DNA of 64,000 nucleotides from Octopus vulgaris (Eukaryota): contig OX597817.1 in NCBI GenBank assembly GCA_951406725.2, positions 108,438,001-108,502,000 of the forward strand, written 5' to 3'. The notes beneath the pieces were generated by a model. The model saw only the letters and a program-made list of their open reading frames with translations. It did no database searches and was not told the DNA's origin. Shown here piece by piece: positions 11,121 to 24,626 of the stretch; positions within the stretch are counted from its first letter, which is position 1, and each line of letters starts with the position of its first letter. The position numbers were made by a program, and so were the translations under genes.

Positions 11121-13499
11121 ATTCAACGAGAAAGCCTCTTCTGTAGTCACTCAACCTGCCGAGAGTAGCAACTAAATAACTCGTTAATTACACTCTATCT
11201 TCTTGAAACAAAGATTATATTGGACAACGTAGTCGCAGAGACTCTATAAAAACGGATGGTTGGAAGATCATTTATTTTAGATCACGAAAAGATTTGATCT
11301 AGAACTACAGAGCAGCAACAGTACCAACAACACCGACATGTGGGATGGGATAGTATTTTTAAAACGAGGCGCAATAATAGGGCACATCGGTTTCTTTCGA
11401 CAATAGACATTATAGATGATACTTTTAGTTTCCGATATAAATGATAGCCACGGTAACTTAACACATAACAATGAAAGATGTAGTCTTGTAAACACAATAC
11501 CCGAGAAAGAAAGGGATGGTGCCGAATGGAATGATTTTTAATTATAAATTTGTTCAGTCAAGACTGATCAAGTACAACAGAAATGACATTAACAACAACC
11601 AAATGTGCTATTTCCGTGGAAAAGTTGAACGGCTGCTTGAAGTGGGGCGAGTACACAAAAACTATTAGAGGTGAAGAGGTGAATTTCGTAAGTAAGTTTA
11701 GTGAGTAAGTTTACCTTCGGAGGAGGGGGCTTCCCATTTTGCTGAGATTATTGTTCAGCCAAAGTCTTCGCTACATTTGCGGCACCTGACAGAGGGAGTG
11801 TTTGTCCAGGATAGGACTACATAGCCACAGCAGGAGATGTATTAGGACATGAAATCTCAAAGCCGGACTAGATTGTTTTATGCGCGACACCATTGTCTCC
11901 CGAGACAAAATGGATGCTAACAATTGTTCAGCCGCAGATTAGCTGTAATCGAACAGGCAAGCGTGTGATCAAAAGAATTCTAGCCATAGCCATTTTGTCT
12001 TTTATCCAGATATTAATGCGTCTAGTACAACAAGATTCAACATTAATACCGTTGTATGTGACTTGAGATAATGACTGATATTTCTAAGAACTTGAATAGT
12101 CACATATAAGCTTCGGCAAAGCTCATGGTATATCAGGACTTGTTTAGCCATAGAACACCTGTCATTCAGCAGATCAATTAGCAAAAATCTTCCATGGCTG
12201 TGATTATCAGATGTAGCCATGGCCGTTTTTTATTCAGATATAGTATACCCAATGTGTCTTTACTTTTAAGATGGTTTGGTCTGATTAGGTGGAGTATAAT
12301 TTGATATTTCTTATAGTTCGAAAGACTAAAGAGAAGTTCCTTGAATTTTTGTTATTGGAGATGTATAATTTCAGGTGAGTGTGATTCGAAGCATATTTAG
12401 CTGATATTTCAAGCCAGTGATAGAGCGACAGTGTAAAGATACCCTTGCTGGCTTGAGATCATCAATACCTCCTACACCTCAGGGGATGACCTAAAGGTCA
12501 TTCTTAAGAGATATACTTTTCTAGCAAGGGATTTGCTCTGAGACCGAAACTAAAACAATTACAGGGTGAAATACACACGTTAGCCTTTCAAAATACGCAA
12601 AGGATTTAACTTCCCTTGAGCATTTATTATTTCGTGTTAAAAATTTTCGTCGCAATAATTGCGACCTGGTCATTGACAGTTCCACAGCATCTTTTCGTTT
12701 ACCCTTCTGTTTTCATATTTCTGATGACATCCGCTACCTTTGTTCCAATTAGTGCATTTTTAAATAATGAAGAATTTATTAAAATAACTTAGCTGTTATT
12801 TAGCTGGTGTTTGGAACATAATCTGTCTTGAAATTTTGACTGTAGATTTTAATTTAGATCACTTTAGAAACAGGAAATTTGTATTGCAGACGCATGGACG
12901 GGCTCGGGCCAGATCTGTATTAAAATGGTTTCTTGTTGTCAAGCAGTGTCAATAAAAACACATCAACTCACGTACCAACGAGTCGTTCAACTCGCAAGAC
13001 GCAGCGCTCAAATCTCCTTCAAACCATACCTCTCTGCCTTAAATACATTAGACAATGAACTACCTGATATACAAAATGTTTGGATAGTTACAAACATTCT
13101 CTAAAGTGCAGGCAGCATTAGTAATTTTAAACCAGTGAAGGAATCTGTACACAGTCGCTCCATTACCTGCGAGAAATATCAAATAGGTATGATTAACATC
13201 ACACCTTTAGGGAGAAGAACATACTGGATATGTAGACTCAGGTGCACTAACCTTAATGAAAGAGGAGTTAGTCATGACTGGGATACCTTTGATCACAGAT
13301 CTGCTGGTTGACAGGTGACACCCCTAACAGCACAAAAAAATGAAGGAACTTCTGTATAATCATCGGACAGTTGATGCAGGGATAAAAGAAAGCTCAACAA
13401 CTGCAACATTTTGGCATATTTTGATGATAATTCCATGATAACCCTAACGTACAGCCTGGTTCTGAATATCTTTTCTCATTAACCCTCACTAATATTATA

Positions 13500-14820
13500 G
13501 CAACATGCATAACACATAACTAACAGTTATTCATTTGTTTATTTATTTAATGGACTGCTTTGGGGAAGGCATTGTGTTCATGGCCTTTGCAGACCCTTTT
13601 GACACTGGAGGCACCTACACAATTAATGTTTCTCCCGAGTATCTTTTATCTAATTGCTTCAAGAAAAAATATATGCTGAGACGGAATTCCAGAGGGTTGA
13701 TGTTTTATAGAAAAAGGAATGAGTATAGTGGTAAGTGTGGAAACTGAAGGTGAGGGTAGACACTGTATAGAAGACAAGAGGAGAAGCATGTGATATCACC
13801 TGCATAGGAGTGCCTGTGATTAGGTGTGATGGCAATAGGTAGTTAATATATAAAATGAAGAGTATGTAAAAGCCATAACCGAACTTGGGAAACATCTTAG
13901 TGAACAAAGTATGGGTTAGAAAAATTCCATCTGCACACGTCTCGGTGGCTCGGTTGTACAATTTGATAAAAAAAAAAGCCATCGATTTCTGGTACAAGAG
14001 ACGAATGCAGCCCGTAGACAGGAAGTTTTCCTTGGAAATTTGCTTGCCAGATATGGCCGAATGCTTTGCTAATATTATGTTCCCCAACAATGTTTTCATT
14101 AAATTTTCGAGAGCAAGGGACCACTGACGAGTGATTTAAAAGTGCAAGTCACCAGTGGAACTAGGTCCACGAAAGCTATATTGATGGTCCTTAAATATGG
14201 AAAAACATTCAAGGTGTTAGAAAAGTTTATTGTTAGTTGACCTAGTCATTTTGGAGGTATTGAAAGTGAGGTAGACAGGATTATTGGAAAGGGTGACAGA
14301 AAAGACAGAGAAAGAAGGGAGAAAGAGTGAGGTAGAAAGCGAGAGAGAGAGAGTGTGAGAAGAAGAGAGGCAAATGGGTGAAAGGTAAAGAGGGGAGAAA
14401 GAGTGAGATAGAAAGCGAGAGAGAGGAAGAGAGACAAATGAGCGAGAAAGAAAGAGAGTGAGAGAGAGTGTGACAAGTAACAGATTTATGACTTTGCCGA
14501 AGATAGGAATGGAAATAACATTGTCAGAGCCGACCCTGTTGGTTTGAAGTAACTGAAGGTTGTTCGGCAACTGGAATGTGTATGTAGTGGAGTGAAAATG
14601 TAACATTTGGAGCATATCTACCATTTGCCGATGGTGTAGAGCTGATCACCAAAGCGAGCAGCTGATGGTGGAAATTTTCGCCGCAAATGTACGGTGTACA
14701 GAATCATCGCGGTTGAGAAGTGTAGGTGAAGGAGGATCCGACAGATATTGTAGATATCTTTTTGGAAAAGAATCAAAAGAATTGACTGCAAGTTGGAGAA
14801 GTGGGACACATGACTCACAA
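13500..14820 (-). mobile_element. Decayed LINE (RT, possibly with upstream endonuclease), interrupted by a GA-rich tract at ~14250-14470
   Basis: Minus strand NISKAFGHIWQANFQGKLPVYGLHSSL (DISKAFDRVWH..KL..YG), DVSQV.., ILYINYL and HSYAGD (YADD). The upstream part at 14480-14820 is less certain. Confidence 0.75.
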
Positions 14821-16370
14821 CCCTCGATAAATTCTCTGATAGATCAGTGACTTAATCAAACAGTAACTGTTCTTTATCTATTAATTAATGAAACTCAGTC
14901 TTAACTTTTGCATGCAATAAATTTTCTCCATTGTTAAATTTGATATCTTAAATTCAGGATTCTTACTAAACTTTTGAATATGACTATATACTCCTATATG
15001 TTAGTCATATATAAATCTATAGTTCAAGCTAATCATTCCCAAAATAGATAGGTAGTAAATTACACTCTAGTAACAAATTTCACAACTTTATTTTAGATAT
15101 ATTCTGTACTTAGTCCATCCCATTTAGTTCTTGTTTTATAAATTCGTTAAGTGTTCTCTAAAAGCCTTCGATCACTATTCAATATATGTATTATAATGCA
15201 TTTAGAATGTGCTCTAGATTTGCTTTCTACATTGAATATAAACCATAAAGAATTCGTTATTGGAACACGTGCTACATTACAATTCAATTTTTTAAAAATG
15301 TTTACGCATTTTAATGGTTAACATTGCTAGAAAAAATTGTTTCGCGATTCTTCCCGCAGACATTCTAAGCACATTGCAGAAGTACCTAAGTTGTGACCAC
15401 TCAATGCGGAGAAGTAGCGGTCAACCTGGAGCGATTCACTGATCGCCGACCCCATCGAACAACAGTATCCCAGTAATCGGTGAAACCCATTTCTGTCGTT
15501 TGCATTCGCGTTTGCATTTTATTTCAGACACTATCAACTGTTCATGACATGGAGGTAGACCATAAGCAAGACAGTTGAAAAATATCCAAAGCGTAAGTCA
15601 GTTTCACTTAGGGATTCAGTCAGCTCATTTGCCGATGGCTGGTTCGGATAGAAGGACTCTCTGAAAAATTTGTCACTGGACTCTACACCGTGAACCTCAC
15701 AAAAATACGTAGATGGTGAATATGGATGGATAGAGAAATAGCAATTAAATTTCAAGTTTTGTGGATCACTTTATTGTACACAACTTAGAAGAGTTAAAAC
15801 AGAGCTTTTAGAATGTTTCATAATTTATTATTCATTTTGTTTTCAAAATAATTTAATGTTTTAGTATTGTTTCACAAATGAAATGTGTGTTTTAAATTAT
15901 GACAAAAATATTCATGAAGATCATTACTGCGATAATTCCTTAAATACTTTTATTTGAACAATTGCCTTCCTACTTGAATTCTTGTAACAAAAAAAGACCT
16001 TCTGCCCACTAGAAGTGCTGGAATGTAGAAGTGGTACCAGTAATAATTTCAGTGAAACCATAAAGAGAGAAGGAAACTGAGTAAAGAGAAAAAGACGTAT
16101 TTCGTTTTATTATCCTTCTCTCTAAATTTATTAAACTGCAAAACTAAAACTTTAATATTTCAATAAAGTGTGTTCTTTTACTGTTGTCATTTTCTTCTTA
16201 ATTAGGCAATTAATATCCTTCCTAACTGCCTAAATGAATACCAACATTTATAAAACTAGGTTTTGCAATTTCATTTTGTTTCCATAACATATTAGACAAA
16301 AAATTACAATTTTGTTAGCTTGAATCTGGAAATTTTATTTAGTTTATCTTTTGAAACATTTTGTTGTAGC

Positions 16371-16775
16371 TTAAGCGTCTGACATATCCACGTGATCAAC
16401 ATCTCGACCAAATCTTCCTCCCCCAAGGCCATATTCGTCATAATCTCGTTTTCCAAAGCGTCCACCTCCTAGGCCATAATCATAATACCATGCACCACGT
16501 CTTTTGTTGCCATCGTCTTCTGCATTCGCATAGCCGTTATCTCTTGTCTCCAAATTGATCCTTTTGCTTTGGAGGTGTGGCGAAAGAAACTGTCGATCAC
16601 TCAGCACATGATCAAGAAGACCACCATTTCGCTTTTGTAAAACTTTCGTCATTTTTTTATATTTAGATAGTGTGGTGCTCAGTCCTGAATTTTCGAAATT
16701 TGATGCCGTTGTGAAATTTGCTAAAGTGATGTAAAGCAACACGAACGCAATTCCAACTTTAATGCAACGATTCAT
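16371..16775 (-). CDS. CCK: Cholecystokinin/sulfakinin-type neuropeptide precursor (134 aa)
   Basis: Hydrophobic N-terminal signal peptide (CIKVGIAFVLLYITLANFTTA) and KR sites. Two amidated peptides: KR-RGAWYYDYGLGGGRF-GKR and DYDEYGLGGGRF-GR. The DY-G(L/I)GGGRFamide signature is that of molluscan CCK/sulfakinin peptides. Confidence 0.93.
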   Translation of the reverse strand: MNRCIKVGIAFVLLYITLANFTTASNFENSGLSTTLSKYKKMTKVLQKRNGGLLDHVLSDRQFLSPHLQSKRINLETRDNGYANAEDDGNKRRGAWYYDYGLGGGRFGKRDYDEYGLGGGRFGRDVDHVDMSDA

Positions 16776-16779
16776 GATT

Positions 16780-16815
16780 CTGAAATTATAAAGAGAGAAA
16801 CAAATATCAGTTAAT
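16780..16815 (-). other. 3' splice acceptor of the CCK/SK coding exon
   Basis: Minus strand ttaactgatatttgtttctctctttataatttcAG|AATCATG: branch-like motif, polypyrimidine tract, and AG 4 nt before the start codon. Confidence 0.8.
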
Positions 16816-17178
16816 TTAGCATTTATATTAACGTAAAATATTGTCTACTTATTTCTAAATATTGATTCCTCATTCAGGTATACACTGTTAATTGATTGTA
16901 GGAAAGAGATAATGATTGACTGAAGCATAGTCAGACTAATACTGGCTTTTATTTTATCGATACTATGTCTTTCCACTCAGATGTTGAGTGGAATAATGGA
17001 AAATTCATGTATTGTAACATTCAGCAGTTTACTTTTACATTTTATATCTCGATATACGTAAATAGCATACAATGTTTTTCACTCATTAAAATAACAAATT
17101 TAAAATTTATATCAGCTAGCTCTCTCGGTTCTGTTCTATGTTGTTTATTTCTCCCTAAGAAGCATTTGATTTGATATA

Positions 17179-18383
17179 TTGGATTGGCAACTAAGTTCCC
17201 GCCGTTTTTTAAAATTTTGGAATCAATTTTTTGAATCATTTTGGAATCTATTTTGTTTTATTCTAGTTAATTGTAGTAAATTTTTTGTTTACTTTCAGAA
17301 CATTAAAATGGAAAGAAAAACGAACATTTTTGACACCTTCTTTTTGCTTTTAATCAAGGTTCTAAGGCCGAAAAAGCTGCTCGTCACATTTGTGCTGTGT
17401 ATGGAGAGGGTGCCATAGTTGAAAGAACCGCTCGTGATTGGTATGCCAAGTTCAAAAATAGAAATTTTGACCTCAAAGACGCACCTCGTTCTGGCCGTCC
17501 AGAGCGATTAAACCAACTTTTGTAAGAAGATTCTCGTCAAACAAGGGAACTGGCAGAGAAAATGGAATGCTCCCACACTGCTATAGAGAAGCATCTTCAC
17601 TCGATGGAAGAATGGAGTATGGGCTCCACATGCTTTAACTGACAACAACAAAAGTCAACGAGCCACAATCTCCGCTGGTTTGCTTGCTCGTCACCGCTCA
17701 ACTCATGGACACAAGCAACGATTTCTTTACTGAATCGTTACTGGCGACGAAAAATGGTGACTACACATCAATATGAATTAGCATAAGGAATGGCTTAGCC
17801 CTTGTAAACAAGCGACACCGCGCATGAAACAAGATCTTCATCCGCGTAAAACGATGTTGTGCGTATGGTGGGACTGGGAAAGGATTATCCATTACGAATT
17901 ACTTGAACGAACCAAACGGTCAACGCGGAACTCTATGTTTAACAAGTCGAACAACTCAACACGGCTATTCAAGAGAAAAGACCTAATCAGCAGTATGGAG
18001 TTCTTTTGTTGCACAACAACACCCGCCCTCATATCGCCAATATGACCAAGGAAGCCATTCATACACATGGCTGGGAAGTGATGCCACACCCGCCGTACTC
18101 TCCTGATTTGGCACCAACGGATTTCCACCTCTTTCGATCTCTTTCAAATGCTATGCGCGGAGTTTTGTTCAATACTGATGTAGAATTGAGAGCTTGGTTG
18201 GAACAATTTTTCGAGTCGAAATCGGGTGATTTCTACCAACTAGGTATTGAAAATCTTGTGGAACGTTGGGAAGAAGTTGTAAACAACAAGGGTGAATACA
18301 TTAATATTAATTAGTTGTTACTTTTTATTAAACCTTTTAAAAAATATAAAAAAAAAACTACTGTAAGTTAGTTGCCAACCCAA
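17179..18383 (+). mobile_element. Full-length but inactivated mariner (D,D34D) transposon
   Basis: TIRs TA|ttggattggcaactaag ... ttagttgccaacccaa|TA. Transposase motifs IVTGDEKW, KTMLCVWWD, LHNNTRPH and HPPYSPDLAPTDFHLFRSL, broken by stops and frameshifts. Confidence 0.95.
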
Positions 18384-19037
18384 TATAATATTTCAAGATG
18401 TAACTGAAATCAAGCATATTAAGTGAAATATAAATAATTAGGATTTAAAAAAAACCCTTATATTTATGCAATATTTTGTTTTAATACGAATTATCTGTGA
18501 ATGTAAAATTTACTCTGAAACATTATATATGCTCTGGCAGTCATGTGTATTACGGATTGAGGATTCAAATCTGTTAAAGGTTTGGTAATACGTGTATGTA
18601 AAAGCGTAAATTACTACGAATTAAGTATTTTAAGCGAACGTCTTGTAACACGGATCGTGATTTACTTTTTTTGCTTGATTTCCAGCTGGATAGGACAGAA
18701 GAGTAATTATTCTATTTTCTAATGCGTCAAACAATTTATTTGTTCATTTGAAATCAGCCTTACCGGGTAATAGTAATACTTTTGAGATTAACGAGATTAA
18801 TCTTATTGAAATTAAATATAATGACGAGAAAAATAAGACCCCAAGCATCAAATGGCATTCAATCAACAAATTTAACAACTGCAAAAATATCTTTAACCTA
18901 TTAAAAGTTCATTCACTGATTTCAACATCACTGTGTATCATTATTTCTATTCCGGTATTGTGTGTTCCTAGGATTTTCGTTACAATTTTCGTATTGTTCA
19001 TATTAAAATTCTTGCTATTAAGTTTTTTTCACTCTTA

Positions 19038-19190
19038 GGCGCAGGCGTGGCTGTGTGGTAAGAAGCATGCTTCCCAACCACAGGGTTCCGGGTTCAGTTC
19101 CACTGCGTGGCACCTTCGGCAAGTGTCTTGTATTATAGCCTCTGACCGGCCAAATCCTTATGAGTGAATTTGGTAGATAAAAACTGAAAA
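19038..19190 (+). mobile_element. tRNA-derived SINE (another copy on the minus strand at ~48620-48776)
   Basis: Head GGCGCAGGCGTGGCTGTGTGGTAAG (A box) ... GGTTCAGTTCC (B box). A homologous reverse-strand copy is in the window. Confidence 0.85.
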
Positions 19191-20193
19191 AAGTAATAGC
19201 TACAGTTTGCTCAATCACACTTGGAATATATTATTATGTTGTTATTGTCCAATCTTCCCCCTTCCCCACCAGCCGCCTTAACTCACAATGGTCCAAATAG
19301 GAACCTCTCTAGGTTTTAATGACACTGCAGGCGTTGTTCATTCCTTCGCATTGTACTTGCTTAATGTTTGTTTTTATTTACAATATCCTAAGCGGTTTTG
19401 TGCTATTTACAACATACACTACTCCATACTTTTTTTTATTTATCTATTTACATCTACCCGTATAACAGCCTCAATAGCCTGCCCTTTGTTTTTAAATTTA
19501 ACTGACCAATTATATAGAAAGCTGGACTTTGGTCAATCCCATTACGGGAAATAGGTGGTTGGTATTTTACAACATATCAGTAAATAAATAATTGTAATTA
19601 ATAGATGGGCATTTTATTAGGATAGACTATTAATCAGTACTATTGATATAATCATAAGAACTATTATGATTACTTCTAAACGTTATGGTACTATCACTTC
19701 ATTTTCTAGACCTACTGGTGTATCCCGTTATGGTAAAGTTTTCATTTTACATTTTTACTACACCCTGTTACACTTACAGAAAAATTAACCCACCAATTTA
19801 TATTTTAAGTTTAGTCATAAACTCGCCGTCCTGAAGCGTAACATATGCAAAATGGTATATTAAGTCTTTCTTCTTCTCCCCGAGGCTCTTCTTTTCTTTT
19901 CTTTTCTATTCTTTTATGTATTTTTCTTCATTCTGATGAAGCTCCATGTTACAGATCGGATGAGTTAGAAAATATGATGTTAGATAGGACAAAGTCTATT
20001 TATATCATAAAAGTAATAATCGATGTTAGTTAATTGTTACTGATCAATATTTCGCCATTTTCTGTTTACTTTATATATATATATGCTTTATGTATATATA
20101 TATATGTGTGTGTGTGTCTATATATGTATGTATATATATATGTATATATGTGTATATGTATATATATACATGTATATATATGTATATATATGC

Positions 20194-20307
<114 letters not shown>

Positions 20308-20475
20308 GCATATATATACATATATATACATGTATATATATACATATACACATATATATATACATACATATATATATTATATTAATTAGAGACAAAACCA
20401 CTATTATGCAAATCAAACAAAAAAGACTTAAGCCAATACATAAAAAATTTTATATAAATTAAATATAATTAAAAT

Positions 20476-20529
20476 AACCACTACGATCGTTTCGTGTCAG
20501 CACTTCTATGAGACATTCTTCAGGTGGTT
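20476..20529 (-). ncRNA. Type I hammerhead ribozyme (left arm)
   Basis: Minus strand AACCAC-CTGAAGA-aTGTCtcatagaagtgctGACAc-GAAA-CGATCG-TA-GTGGTT: intact core, 6-bp helix I, palindromic helix III, GUA cleavage triplet. Confidence 0.88.
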
Positions 20530-20845
20530 TCAAAACCTAAAATATAATCAATATTTTTAAGATATAAATAATCTATATAATCTAAATAAAAAACTCTATT
20601 ATTAAATAAGATTATATCGAAATCGACTATAATGTTAGATATTAACTTTAATTTATAAGTAGATATAGACTAAATTGGATATTAGAATATGGATTTTCTA
20701 CCTTATAAATTAAAGTTAATATTTAACATTATAGTCGATTTCGATATAATCTTATTTAATAATAGAGTTTTTTATAAGTAAATTTTTATTTAGATTATAT
20801 AGATTACTTATATCTTAAAAATATTGATTATATTTTAGGTTTTGA

Positions 20846-20899
20846 AACCACCTGAAGAATGTATCATAGAAGTGCTGACACGAAACGATCGTAGTGGTT
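20846..20899 (+). ncRNA. Type I hammerhead ribozyme (right arm)
   Basis: AACCAC-CTGAAGA-atgtatcatagaagtgctgacac-GAAA-CGATCG-TA-GTGGTT, with one substitution in helix II relative to the left copy. Confidence 0.85.
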
Positions 20900-21207
20900 A
20901 TTTTAATTATATTTAATTTATATAAAATTTTTTATGTATTGGCTTAAGTCTTTCTTTGTTTGATTTGCATAATAGTGGTTTTGTCTCTAATTAATATAAC
21001 ATAATATTTTACTATAAAATAGGATTCAATCCTAAATCTGATTTTTCCCTGTAAATTTGGATTTATTCCCTAATATTTATTATTATACATATATATATAT
21101 ATATATATATATGCGTATATATATATGTATATATATATGCATATATATATGTATATATATATGTATATATATATATGCATATATATATATGTATATATAT
21201 ATATGTA

Positions 21208-21250
<43 letters not shown>

Positions 21251-21770
21251 GCACATATATATATATGCATATATATATGTATATATATATGTATATATAT
21301 ATGCATATATATATATGTATATATATATATGTATATATGTATATATATGTATACATATATATGTATATATGTATATATGTATATATATATGTATACATAT
21401 GCGTGTATATATGTATATATATATATGTATATATGTACATGTATATATATATGTATACATATGCGTGTATATATGTATATATGTATATATATATATGTGT
21501 GTGTGTGTGTGTCATTGTGTCAGTGTTTGTCCCCCCACCCCACCGCTTGACAACTGGTGTTGGTGCGTTTGTGATCCTGGAACTTGGCAGTTCGGTAAAG
21601 AGATTGATAGAATAAGTCGATTAATCTGACTATAAAATTGAAGGCACAGCCCAGCATGGCTGCAGTCTAGTGACTGTAATAAGTAAAAGAATATTAGGTT
21701 CATTACGGATGAAGTAAGGAATTAATTAATGCTTTTTGCATTCATCAGCCTTTATAATATTATATGTGTA

Positions 21771-21935
<165 letters not shown>

Positions 21936-21964
21936 ATATATATATATATATACATAATGCATAC

Positions 21965-22174
21965 CTTCACACAGTAGTCATATTGCACCGATCACAATAT
22001 GCTGAATTGATTATATTTGTCGTATATGTTGTTGTGGAAATCGCACTGCTGTTCAAAATAATAGTTTGTTCGATTACCAGCCACAGGTATGATGATCTGT
22101 ATCACGTTTCCGGAACTGTACAGTGTTTATCCTTAGACAAGTCATTTAGTTAATGCTAGCTCTTTCGCTTTATA
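21965..22174 (-). promoter_or_regulatory. Candidate TATA box and non-coding first exon of the CCK/SK gene
   Basis: Minus-strand TATAAA at 22174-22169, then ~180 nt of unique sequence ending in GTGAAG|GTATGC (donor at 21965/21964). It would pair with the acceptor at 16780, giving an intron of ~5.2 kb. This is inference only. Confidence 0.45.
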
Positions 22175-24185
22175 AAAATGTTAAGATGGTTAGATATAAC
22201 CATAAGTAGGTACAACACACAGCTGTAAACAGTTATCATACTTTGCAAATTACGCCAAGTTTCTGAAAATTTTGCTTTGATTTCAAATTCTATCGAAGCA
22301 GTGAGAAACCATTAGAACATATTCTTTTCCATGATATCCTAAAATTAGTAAAACCAGCAGGAATTTAATATTTTCGTGACATCCTTAAATGTCGTTAAAC
22401 AGAAGCCTAGAGGAAGAGGAAAAACAACAAGAACAGCATTAAGAGCAACAAACAACCATTATCGCTACATATACTCCATGGTGTTAGCCATTCATTAAAC
22501 TGCATATGAATTAATTAGACCCGTTTGTGCTAATGTTTCGCCTCCGCCTAATAAAACTTGATCATTTTAGCCCATGTGAAGTGCAAACAGTCTCCCCACA
22601 TATACTTTCTCTTTCCCCACCTCTCTCTCTCTCTATTTGTTTGATTTTGTAGACATGTCTGTAAAGACACTTTTTTTAATAACTTGATGGATATGATTAA
22701 ATTTGTACCCAATCTAATATATAACTGATTAATGGAATGTTTATAAATCTCTCGAAACTGACGAATAATAAACGATACTGACTTCTTAACATCACCGTAC
22801 GATCCTATTAATGTTGGAATTTTCTTTTTCTATTTTATATTTCTTCTTTTTTATTTTAGTTCATACGATTTTTCTGTTTTGTTTTCGGTGGAACTACAAA
22901 ATATGCAAAACTACTTTGTATTTGTTTTTATAATTATAATCGATCAGAACAGAGTCCCGAGTGTCACGACACTATGCTAGATCTGTTATCAAACGATTGG
23001 AAAAGAAGCCAAAGAGCATAGGTGAACTAATCTCTTTTCTAAATCATTATTGTTGATTAGATTAAAACAATCAGACAGTAGAAACACACAAACCAACAAA
23101 AATACTCTATTTTCTTGTCGTAAGTTATCGTAATGTTTATTATTTGCAGTTGGGTATGATTGATCATGACAAATGAGTATGACTAACATATTTGTGACGT
23201 AAAATATAATCGGCATGCACTCATTCCCTTCAATAGCTCTTTAGCAATGGGTATCTAGGGCTGCTCTTACAGATTCCTAAAGCAGCCATGAAGAATTTTA
23301 CTATTACTAACTAATTTACAATACATAATTCTGTTTCATAACATACAAAGCGTTCTTCATCATGTTGGCAGTTCAAATCCTGTTGGGACATCATCCAGGG
23401 GTCAATAAAAGGATATGTATGGTAGTCGACTTGATTGTCGCTTTCTCATACTAAGTTTGGCTTGGTTTCAACGTGAGAAATTCACACTAAAGCCAATAAT
23501 TCTCACTGTTTGTACTGTACCAGAATTAAATTTGCTCATCATTCATCGAGTTCAATAAAATAAATATTGATTCAAGTCATTGACTGGTGCTTAGTTTTTC
23601 GATCCTGAAAGGAAGAAAGGCAACGTAGACCTTAGCGTGATTTGAACACTGAAGGAAGTAGACTTAACTAATCCCTATTCTCAGCTTTTCCGTCACTCGC
23701 CTGCGTCGATAAAATAAATATTTGTAATGCATTGGAATTACTTCATTCAGTTGCATTGGTACTAAAGTTTTTATGTCCGAGAAACTGTTGGTTTTTAGTC
23801 TAGCAAAGAAACGATATTGCAGGCTATACTCTTGCTGTTAATAGAAGTCCACAAAAGCTTTTATTTCAGTTTAGTGGTATGCAGTATAAACATATGACTG
23901 TACACTTGTCTATTGCTGTAAAATATTTTCTGGGTCCAATTTTAGATTAATATGTTTGAGAAGAGGAAATTCAGAATTCTGCATTAAGAATTAACTGCGC
24001 ATTATAGACTCGCCTTGCCAGAAGACTACTAATTTAAACACTATCATGAACAAAGAGTGCAAAGCGTCGAAAATCAAGAGATATGCTTCGGTAAATTTGA
24101 AACTCTGATGGTGTTTCAACTAATAACCCCGGGGAACATATTAGAACATGTATACATATATACATGTAAATATATATATATATAT

Positions 24186-24590
24186 AAAATGATTTTTATT
24201 TTATTTTTAGATATAAATGATGTACTTAAATGTAGTTGTGTTTTTAGCTTCTGCTTTTTCTATGATCACATGTGAGTATTTTATTTATGTTCCCTCGTAA
24301 GCTCTACTGAAGAAGAATATATCCTTTATATGGATTAATTCCGAAATTGATTCAATATAGAGATAACGAAATTAAAATTTTCTAAAGGTTAGTTGCCCGC
24401 TTTCAGTTCAATTTTCCTGTAACAAGTGGATTATAAGTGGATAGATCAGTGTATTGGCTATAGAATAACCTTCTTTAGCCCTTAATTATAAGATGTTTAT
24501 ACTTCAACCATAAAGGTTTTTTTAATATGCTGCCACGCTTTTTGATGGAATCCTTTTCTGTAGAGAAAGGGACTTCATCCTATATTGTTA

Positions 24591-24592
<2 letters not shown>
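24186..24592 (+). mobile_element. ~410-bp HHR-containing module flanked by (TA)n (solo pLTR or retrozyme-like)
   Basis: Unique block bounded on both sides by TA repeats and carrying the HHR at 24302-24362. Confidence 0.7.
24302..24362 (+). ncRNA. Type I hammerhead ribozyme
   Basis: CTCTA-CTGAAGA-aGAATatATCCtttatatGGATtaATTCc-GAAA-TTGAtTCAA-TA-TAGAG: intact core and all three helices. Confidence 0.85.

Positions 24593-24626
<34 letters not shown>

Larger units (their letters stand above)
20377..21088. mobile_element. Fold-back PLE-type terminal-repeat element embedded in (TA)n
   Basis: Near-identical inverted arms 20377-20663 and 20697-20999 with a ~33-nt spacer. The right arm runs ~90 nt further into (TA)n. 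Each arm has an HHR reading outward. Complex TA tracts lie on both sides (20072-20376, 21089-21511). Confidence 0.9.

Noticed and set aside
16371-16775. FMRFamide or allatostatin-A/buccalin assignment
   Set aside because: Only two peptides, both with the DY/EY-GLGGGRFamide signature, which fits CCK/sulfakinin.
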